DNA of 64,000 bases from Bacteroidota bacterium (lineage in GTDB: Bacteria; Bacteroidota; Bacteroidia; Bacteroidales; VadinHA17). Position 1 is the first letter of the stretch; every line of letters starts with the position of its first letter. Location of the stretch: positions 39,760-103,759 of the forward strand of contig JADFDS010000011.1 of NCBI GenBank assembly GCA_018262715.1, in the 5' to 3' direction. Position numbers and translations under genes: made by a program. The notes below the pieces were generated by a model that saw nothing but the letters and a program-made list of their open reading frames with translations, did not search any database and had not been told where the DNA came from. This document shows positions 53,754-60,874 of this stretch, one piece after another.

Positions 53754-54470
53754 CTAAGTTTTCTCTTTGGGTTCCTTTTTGTCAATATCATCAGCAATCC
53801 TGAGTAAATATCTGGTATCAAGGACATTGACAAATAAGAGCGCAATTACCACAACAAATGCGGAGTAGATAAGTGATCCCGGAAGGAGAACTTCAGCGAT
53901 CATTATCAGTCCGATGACTATCCTGACCTCGGTAGGGCCCATTTTCCCAGAGTCGATTGAATACTTGCCTGTGATGTTTAACCTGATGAGTGCAATTATC
54001 ATCTCCCACCCGTAGAGTACTACAAAACCGTATCCCAGCATTTTCCAGGCGCCTTCGGCATATATGATGTAGCCTAAGCCAATCAGAATGATGCTTATCC
54101 AGTCAATTGTTATGTCAAGGGTAAACCCGTATTTTCTTCTTGGTTTGTTCCTGTAGTATGCAAGCCTTCCGTCGAGGGAATCACCGAACCAGCTTATTGC
54201 AAACCCTATCAGTCCGAGCAGGAGGAAGCTCCTGCTGTAGAACGAGGCCAGGATGAAGCTTGCACATACGATCATGTTTCCGAAGAACCCGATACCTGTC
54301 AGCATGTTTGAGGTGATGAAGGAAGGGATCCGTTGTACCAGCCATGAGATTGCCATCTCTTCCTGTTTCTTCAGGAGGTTTGTCCTGGTCCTGTCACTGA
54401 ACACATTCCTGAGAACCTCTCCGTTGAAAAGTGACTTTAGGTTATTCCTGTTGGGTCTCCTGGCTGCCAT
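53754..54470 (-). CDS. CDP-alcohol phosphatidyltransferase family protein
   Basis: GDSLDGRLAYYRNKPRRKYGFTLDITID fits the D-x2-D-G-x2-A-R...G-x3-D-x3-D signature. About 6 TM helices, 238 aa. Confidence 0.8.
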   Translation of the reverse strand: MAARRPNRNNLKSLFNGEVLRNVFSDRTRTNLLKKQEEMAISWLVQRIPSFITSNMLTGIGFFGNMIVCASFILASFYSRSFLLLGLIGFAISWFGDSLDGRLAYYRNKPRRKYGFTLDITIDWISIILIGLGYIIYAEGAWKMLGYGFVVLYGWEMIIALIRLNITGKYSIDSGKMGPTEVRIVIGLIMIAEVLLPGSLIYSAFVVVIALLFVNVLDTRYLLRIADDIDKKEPKEKT

Positions 54471-54491
54471 GACAGTAATTTGACTTCTAAG

Positions 54492-55340
54492 TTAAATTAA
54501 ATTACCGGGAACGAATTGTTCCGGCACAGGCATTTCATATACTTTTTTTCTTAGGTATTCACCGAGGGAAAACGGGTCAGGGTAGCGGGATTGTTCTTCA
54601 ACAGAGATCAGTTCACCGATACCGATTCTCTGATGACTGCCCCTTTTGTTAAACACCTCTGAGGGCAGTCTCAGGAGCCGCACCCTCCAGTTTATCAGTC
54701 CGAGGAAGTAAAAGAAAGCCGAGTTCTTGTCAAAAAACCTGATTGGCAGCACCGGTACCTTTACCGAGTGGATCAGGTGGAGCATGCTTTCCTGCCACCG
54801 GCGGTCCCTTACTTTCATGTCTCTAAGGGTGAAGTCTGAGACAGCTCCCGACGGAAAGAATCCGAGAGGATGACCGGCGCCGAGATGCCCGATGGCTTCC
54901 CTGATGCCCCTGATGCTGGCAGCCTTGATCCCGGTTTTCTTATTGCCTGTCGGAACCACAGGGATAAAGTTGCCGTTGAGGGTTTTTACCAGTGAGAGGA
55001 TTTTGTTGACAATGAATTTGTAATCGGGTCTTATCCTGGCCATCATGTCGATTGTCATAATCCCGTCGAGTCCGCCATACGGATGGTTTGATACGGTAAT
55101 GAAGGCGCCTCCGGGAAGGTCTCTCAGCCTTTCGGGGTTGCCAACCACGTAGCTGACTCCTACATCTTTAAGAAGCCTGGAGGTGAATTCGGACCCGCTC
55201 CAAGCTCCTGAATTGTCATATACCCTGTTGACTTTGTCGATTGCCAGAAAGCTGATCATCCACTCCGCAAAGCGCTGCCCTTTAGCGCCTCTGAACAGGA
55301 ATGACAACGGTTCGAGATCTTTTGGCTCAACTACCTTCAT
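54492..55340 (-). CDS. Lysophospholipid/lyso-aminolipid O-acyltransferase family protein (GlsA/OlsA-like)
   Basis: SNHPYGGLDG (the variant NHP.GG.D acyltransferase motif seen in Bacteroidota GlsA-type enzymes), FFPSGAVS and PVLPIRFFDKNSAFFY. Confidence 0.65.
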   Translation of the reverse strand: MKVVEPKDLEPLSFLFRGAKGQRFAEWMISFLAIDKVNRVYDNSGAWSGSEFTSRLLKDVGVSYVVGNPERLRDLPGGAFITVSNHPYGGLDGIMTIDMMARIRPDYKFIVNKILSLVKTLNGNFIPVVPTGNKKTGIKAASIRGIREAIGHLGAGHPLGFFPSGAVSDFTLRDMKVRDRRWQESMLHLIHSVKVPVLPIRFFDKNSAFFYFLGLINWRVRLLRLPSEVFNKRGSHQRIGIGELISVEEQSRYPDPFSLGEYLRKKVYEMPVPEQFVPGNLI

Positions 55341-55503
55341 GGCGTATATCCCAAATTTACAAATTAAAAATCATCAGACCATGGAGGATTATTTCATTCC
55401 AGGTTATGGGGGATGAGGAATGAAATGGAATTCGTGTTTCAAAAACAATATATTTGGAACTGAGTTTTCCGCAGAATTTGAAACATCCGTAAAACCTAAG
55501 CCG

Positions 55504-57078
55504 ATGAACAAGCTTTACCTGACCGTGGTTACAATTGCCATAGGTCTGTTCTCCTGTCAGAGTGACAGAGCAACAGGTCCGACTGATCTCGCAAAGAACA
55601 GTATAATTCCAAAACCGGTATCGGTGACTTCCACCGGCGGGACATTCAAGCTTACTGCCAAGAGTGATATCATTGTGATGCCGGGCAGTCCGGAAGAGGT
55701 GGCTGGCATTGGAAATTTTCTTGCCGGCAAGCTGAATCCTTCCACCGGCCTCGGGCTCGGGGTGATAACTGATGGCGGCAAACCCGGGAAGGGAGACATA
55801 CAGTTTGCCATCAGCGACACTGATCCGGGCCTGGGCGAGGAGGGCTATGAGCTTATCATTACGGAGAAGCTTATAACCCTTACTGCTGTCAAGCCTGCCG
55901 GGCTCTTCCGCGGCATCCAGACTATCAGGCAGCTTCTTCCGCCTGAGATTGAATCAGATACGGTTCAGCCGGGGCCATGGATCATACCCACGGGAACCAT
56001 ACGTGACTGGCCGGAATACGGGCATCGCGGAGAGATGCTTGACGTTGTTCGCCATTTTTTTGGCCCTGAGGATGTAAAGAGGTTTATCGATCATCTTGCA
56101 CTTTATAAAATGAATGTTCTTCACCTTCATCTTTCTGATGACCAGGGATGGCGCATAGAGATCAAATCATGGCCCAACCTGACCGCTCACGGCGGGAAGA
56201 CGGAAGTCGGCGGTGGCGAAGGAGGTTTTTTCACCCAGGAGGAGTATTCAGACATTGTGCAGTATGCTGCGGAGAGGTACATAACGATAATACCCGAGAT
56301 AGACATGCCTGGTCATACGAATGCGGCCCTCTCATCCTACCCGGAGCTCAACCCCGACGGTAAAGCCAAAGAGCCGTATACAGGAATAAATGTCGGGTTC
56401 AGCTCACTTGACACCCGTTCGGAGATCACTTATAAGTTTGTGGACGATGTTGTCCGCGAGATCGCGGCTCTTACACCGGGGCAGTACTTTCACATTGGGG
56501 GCGATGAGTCGCATTCTACGAAAATCGATGATTACATCTACTTTGTAAACAGGGTTCAGGATATTGTTGAATCACATGGTAAGAGCGTAACAGGCTGGGA
56601 TGAGATTGCACATGCAACGCTAAAGCCCGATGCTGTGGTCCAGTACTGGGCGCGGGCGGCAAACGCGGTGATGGGAATTAACCAGGGTGCCAAAGTGCTC
56701 ATGTCACCCTGCAAGTATGCCTATACTGACATGAAATATGACTCAACCACGGTCCTGGGGCTGAGCTGGGCGGCATACATAGAGGTGGATGATGCTTACA
56801 ACTGGGATCCTGCGACACTTGTGCCGGAGATCGGCAGGGAAAATATAGTCGGGGTACAGGCGCCGCTATGGGCAGAGACCATCTCAACCTTCAGGGAAGC
56901 GGAATTTCTTATTTTCCCGCGCCTTCCGGGATATGCAGAGATAGGCTGGACTCCCGCCGGAATGCGGTCATGGGATGAATACCGGGTACGTCTGGCCGCA
57001 CACGGGAAACGGATTGAGACACTCGGAATCGGATTTTATCGCTCCCCGCTGGTTGAATGGGATCAGCCGGGCGTGTAG
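55504..57078 (+). CDS. Beta-N-acetylhexosaminidase (GH20) lipoprotein
   Basis: Start at MNKLYLTVVTIAIGLFSC (lipobox). HLHLSDDQGWRIEI and HIGGDES (the catalytic D-E pair) are present. Confidence 0.9.
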   Translation: MNKLYLTVVTIAIGLFSCQSDRATGPTDLAKNSIIPKPVSVTSTGGTFKLTAKSDIIVMPGSPEEVAGIGNFLAGKLNPSTGLGLGVITDGGKPGKGDIQFAISDTDPGLGEEGYELIITEKLITLTAVKPAGLFRGIQTIRQLLPPEIESDTVQPGPWIIPTGTIRDWPEYGHRGEMLDVVRHFFGPEDVKRFIDHLALYKMNVLHLHLSDDQGWRIEIKSWPNLTAHGGKTEVGGGEGGFFTQEEYSDIVQYAAERYITIIPEIDMPGHTNAALSSYPELNPDGKAKEPYTGINVGFSSLDTRSEITYKFVDDVVREIAALTPGQYFHIGGDESHSTKIDDYIYFVNRVQDIVESHGKSVTGWDEIAHATLKPDAVVQYWARAANAVMGINQGAKVLMSPCKYAYTDMKYDSTTVLGLSWAAYIEVDDAYNWDPATLVPEIGRENIVGVQAPLWAETISTFREAEFLIFPRLPGYAEIGWTPAGMRSWDEYRVRLAAHGKRIETLGIGFYRSPLVEWDQPGV

Positions 57079-57131
57079 AAACAAATAATGCCGGGTAAAA
57101 ACTGACTGTAAACAAATCACTATAAAAGATC

Positions 57132-58268
57132 ATGGAATTTTTACTTGAAGGTATCACCAATATCACATGGCAGCAGGCTGTGATGTGGGTTATCGGGGTG
57201 CTGCTGATATACCTTGCAATCGCGAAACAGCTTGAACCGTCGCTGCTTTTGCCAATGGGATTTGGTGCCATCCTTGTCAACCTTCCGTTGTCAGGGGCGC
57301 TTAACCAGACCCTGTCAGGGATAGGAGAGGTGACCGGCATCCTGGACTGGATGTTCAAGGTAGGTATTGAGGCGTCAGAAGCGATGCCGCTGTTGTTGTT
57401 TATCGGGATAGGGGCCATGATAGACTTCGGTCCGCTGCTCTCCAATCCGAGGCTTCTGCTTTTCGGCGCGGCAGCGCAGTTCGGGATATTCGCAACCGTG
57501 ATTGCATCCGTTCTGCTGGGTTTTGACCTCAGGGATGCCGCCTCTATCGGGATTATCGGGGCAGCGGATGGTCCTACATCCATCCTGGTATCACAGGTGC
57601 TTAAGAGTGATTATATCGGGCCGATTGCCATTGCGGCATATTCCTACATGGCCCTGGTTCCCATAATACAGCCCTTTGCCATCAAGATGTGCACTACTGA
57701 GAAAGAGCGGAAGATAAGGATGAATTATAATCCGAAGAGTGTTTCACGGCTGACAAGGATACTGTTCCCGATATCAGTTACCATAATTGCAGGTTTGGTG
57801 GCTCCGGCTTCAATTGCTCTAGTTGGCTTCCTGATGTTTGGCAACCTGATAAGGGAGTGCGGTGTGCTCAGGTCATTGTCTGACAGCGCTCAGAAGGAGC
57901 TGGTGAACCTCATTACCCTGCTGCTTGGAATAACAATTGCGGCAAGCATGCAGGCTGAAAAATTCGTGGCGCTTGACACTGTCAAGATTATGGGCCTGGG
58001 TCTGGTGGCATTCATCTTCGATACAATTGCCGGAGCCTCATTTGCCAAGCTTCTGAATTTCTTCCTCAAGGAAAAGATTAACCCCATGGTTGGCGCTGCA
58101 GGTATTTCAGCATTCCCCATGTCTTCAAGGGTCATCCAGAGACTGGGACTGGAGGCTGATCCTACAAACCACCTGCTGATGCACGCGGCGGGTGCCAATG
58201 TTTCGGGCCAGATTGCCAGCGTCATTGCCGGCGGTGTGATAATAGGCCTTGTACCCGGATTACTGTAA
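57132..58268 (+). CDS. Sodium ion-translocating decarboxylase beta subunit (OadB/MmdB/GcdB family)
   Basis: MEFLLEGITNITWQQAVMWVIGVLLIYLAIAK..LEPSLLLPMGFG and the overall 378-aa polytopic layout match OadB-type subunits. Confidence 0.85.
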   Translation: MEFLLEGITNITWQQAVMWVIGVLLIYLAIAKQLEPSLLLPMGFGAILVNLPLSGALNQTLSGIGEVTGILDWMFKVGIEASEAMPLLLFIGIGAMIDFGPLLSNPRLLLFGAAAQFGIFATVIASVLLGFDLRDAASIGIIGAADGPTSILVSQVLKSDYIGPIAIAAYSYMALVPIIQPFAIKMCTTEKERKIRMNYNPKSVSRLTRILFPISVTIIAGLVAPASIALVGFLMFGNLIRECGVLRSLSDSAQKELVNLITLLLGITIAASMQAEKFVALDTVKIMGLGLVAFIFDTIAGASFAKLLNFFLKEKINPMVGAAGISAFPMSSRVIQRLGLEADPTNHLLMHAAGANVSGQIASVIAGGVIIGLVPGLL

Positions 58269-58277
58269 AGGAGGTGA

Positions 58278-58421
58278 ATGATGAATCCAGATTTCTTTAA
58301 GTCGCTTGACCTGATGGGGAAGGGCATGACAGCCATCTTCGTCGTCATTATTGTAATTTACCTGGCCGTTCACCTTATCCTGAAGCTCACAGGAGGCAGG
58401 AGGAAGGAGCCGAAAGGATAG
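58278..58421 (+). CDS. OadG-like small membrane subunit (47 aa; not in the supplied ORF track)
   Basis: Translated by hand: MMNPDFFKSLDLMGKGMTAIFVVIIVIYLAVHLILKLTGGRRKEPKG. It has a single TM helix and the G/L..M..GM..VF pattern of OadG proteins. The start lies 10 nt after the oadB stop and is preceded by AAGGAGG. Confidence 0.6.
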   Translation: MMNPDFFKSLDLMGKGMTAIFVVIIVIYLAVHLILKLTGGRRKEPKG

Positions 58422-58573
58422 GCTTCCCGGGGCACTTTTCGGGGCGTCTGTGGCTCCCTGTCTGAGCGCCTGCAATTAATACAGGCGGATTGGTCAGAAA
58501 AATTTAGTAATTTTATGAGGCCGTTTCCCCCGTCAGGGGGCCTGCGGCATATGTCGGACCAATCAGTGACCGG

Positions 58574-58972
58574 ATGAAGAAAGCGCTTTTACTGATTCTT
58601 GTGGCCATCACGGCATCATGCAGCCAGATGAGGAAAGGCTCTTCCGCAATGCCGGAGGATGACCTGATCATCACCAGGAAATATGTCGGCGATTTTATCG
58701 AGTACCGTCACACGGGGCCGGAGAACTATGACGGTCCGAATATTATCTGGATTAAAACCACCATGGAGGACCAGTATGGGAAAATATCGGCCTACGGACG
58801 CAGATGCGACTTTACCGGTGGTGACAGGCTTTATCTGAGAAGGAAATTCTACAGTCCCGGAATTGTTTCCGGTTATTGGGTCTATGTGATAGAAAATGAT
58901 GAGTCGGTTTCTTACCGTGCCACTGATCTTCAGCATGACCGTGAGGTTTACATCAAAGCCTGGTTTGAATGA
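58574..58972 (+). CDS. Hypothetical lipoprotein
   Basis: Lipobox LVAITASC. 132 aa, no family recognised. Confidence 0.5.
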   Translation: MKKALLLILVAITASCSQMRKGSSAMPEDDLIITRKYVGDFIEYRHTGPENYDGPNIIWIKTTMEDQYGKISAYGRRCDFTGGDRLYLRRKFYSPGIVSGYWVYVIENDESVSYRATDLQHDREVYIKAWFE

Positions 58973-58994
58973 CTTATTCCGCAGCCTGTTGCAG

Positions 58995-60308
58995 ATGAAG
59001 AGCATTATTCCTACCGCATTCCAGAAATTTGACCGGTCACAGAGTCTTGGCGGGATACTGCTTTTTGGTGCAACAATCATAGCACTGATATTTGCAAACT
59101 CCCGGCTGGGCGATTTCTACGACACGCTCAGGGAGACTACGCTTGGTTTCGAAGCAGGGAGCTTCAGCCTGAAAAAACCATTGCTGTTATGGGTCAATGA
59201 TGGTCTTATGGCCATTTTCTTTTTCATGATAGGCCTGGAGATCAAGAGGGAGCTGATGATCGGGGAGCTGAATTCGCCCTCGAAGGCAGCCCTGCCTCTT
59301 GTTGCCGCCCTTGGAGGTATGCTCGTTCCGGTAGCCTTTTATCTCGTCCTGAACAATAATCCCCGGGCATCACAGGGGTGGGGAATACCGATGGCCACTG
59401 ACATTGCTTTTTCCCTGGCTATATTAAAACTGCTGGGTAACAGGGTACCTGTCGGACTGAAGGTTTTTCTGGCCGCATTTGCAATAATTGATGACATAGG
59501 CGCCGTGCTGGTCATTGCCCTTTTCTACAGTTCATCAATTGACTGGATGAAGCTTGTATGGGCTGCTATACCCATGGCCCTGCTTGTCTTCCTGAACCTG
59601 AAAAATCTCTTTCCCAAGTACCTTCACCTTGCATGCGGCATCATTATCTGGTATTTCTTTCTCAAGTCGGGAATTCATCCCACGATTGCCGGGGTACTGC
59701 TGGCCTTTACGGTTCCGCTCAGGCAGAAGACTGATGCTCATACCTTTACAGAAGAGATGTGCAGGATTGCCGATGAATTCAGGGAGCATGATTCTGACCG
59801 GACACCTCTTCTCACTCCTGAACAGATAGAGAGGATTGATGACATAGAGCAATGGACTGAAAAAGTGCAGTCTCCCCTTCAGCATCTCGAGCATGTGCTT
59901 CACGGATGGGTAGCCATGTTCATCATGCCCGTGTTTGCCTTTTTCAATGCCGGGGTTGCCTTCCGTGCCGGAATGGATCCGGATCTCCCGCTGATCACGG
60001 CCCTTGCTCTCAGCCTCTTCCTTGGCAAAACAATAGGGGTGACTCTCTTCTCCTTCGCCGGCCTGAAGCTAAAGCTGGCCAGCCTGCCTCAGGGTGTCAC
60101 CTTTGGACAGATCTTCGGTACGGCAATGCTTGCGGGAGTCGGGTTCACCATGTCAATGTTCATTGCCAGCCTGGCATTTTCCGGCGCTGAAGTGCTGATG
60201 GATTCTGCAAAGATTGGCATTATGGCCGGGTCACTTGTTTCCGGCGTTTCCGGATACCTGATCCTCAGGTTCTGCCGCAGGGAAAATAAACATACTTACA
60301 TCAGCTGA
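58995..60308 (+). CDS. nhaA: Na+/H+ antiporter NhaA
   Basis: Start at MKSIIPTAFQKF (ATG 58995). WVNDGLMAIFFFMIGLEIKRE and AIIDDIGAVLVIALFY are canonical NhaA motifs. Confidence 0.9.
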   Translation: MKSIIPTAFQKFDRSQSLGGILLFGATIIALIFANSRLGDFYDTLRETTLGFEAGSFSLKKPLLLWVNDGLMAIFFFMIGLEIKRELMIGELNSPSKAALPLVAALGGMLVPVAFYLVLNNNPRASQGWGIPMATDIAFSLAILKLLGNRVPVGLKVFLAAFAIIDDIGAVLVIALFYSSSIDWMKLVWAAIPMALLVFLNLKNLFPKYLHLACGIIIWYFFLKSGIHPTIAGVLLAFTVPLRQKTDAHTFTEEMCRIADEFREHDSDRTPLLTPEQIERIDDIEQWTEKVQSPLQHLEHVLHGWVAMFIMPVFAFFNAGVAFRAGMDPDLPLITALALSLFLGKTIGVTLFSFAGLKLKLASLPQGVTFGQIFGTAMLAGVGFTMSMFIASLAFSGAEVLMDSAKIGIMAGSLVSGVSGYLILRFCRRENKHTYIS

Positions 60309-60313
60309 GCAGG

Positions 60314-60874
60314 ATGATGGAGAGAGACGATATCCTGTACTTCATTGCCCTCATTCCGGGGAAGGAGTTAAAGGAGAAGGTGCGTGCTGTCAAGGAGAGA
60401 ATGAAAGCTGACTATAACGCCGGTCATGCACTCAAATCGCCTGCTCATATTACACTGCAGATGCCTTTCAAAAGGAACAGCTGGGATGAATATGCAATCT
60501 CTGCTGCCCTTGAAAAATTTGCCTCGGAGGAGAATCCTTTTACTGTCAGGCTGAATGGCTTTGGCTGCTTCGCCCCGAGGGTCATTTTTATCAGGATAGA
60601 GGATCCGAATACGGTAAAGTCAGTACATGGCCGGTTAAAAAAAATCCTGGCAGAACAGCTTGGATTTTCTGTCAGCGAGGTAATGAATGATGTCCAGCCA
60701 CACATAACAGTAGCCACCCGTGATCTTACGAAAGAAGCATTCAGGGAAGCGTGGCCTGAATTTGAGAAAAAGGAATTCAGGGGTTCATTTGAAGTTAACA
60801 GTCTCTTTCTGCTGAAGCATAACGGAAAAAACTGGGATATACTTAAAGAGTTTCCATTCAGAAAAAATGGATAG
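60314..60874 (+). CDS. 2'-5' RNA ligase / 2H phosphoesterase family protein (LigT-like)
   Basis: Two H-x-T/S-x motifs (HITLQ and HITVA) at the expected spacing. 186 aa. Confidence 0.75.
   Translation: MMERDDILYFIALIPGKELKEKVRAVKERMKADYNAGHALKSPAHITLQMPFKRNSWDEYAISAALEKFASEENPFTVRLNGFGCFAPRVIFIRIEDPNTVKSVHGRLKKILAEQLGFSVSEVMNDVQPHITVATRDLTKEAFREAWPEFEKKEFRGSFEVNSLFLLKHNGKNWDILKEFPFRKNG

Noticed and set aside
56909-57583. 224-aa minus-strand ORF spanning the GH20 3' end, the intergenic gap and the oadB 5' end
   Set aside because: It overlaps two well-supported plus-strand genes and has no recognisable motif. It is a shadow ORF.
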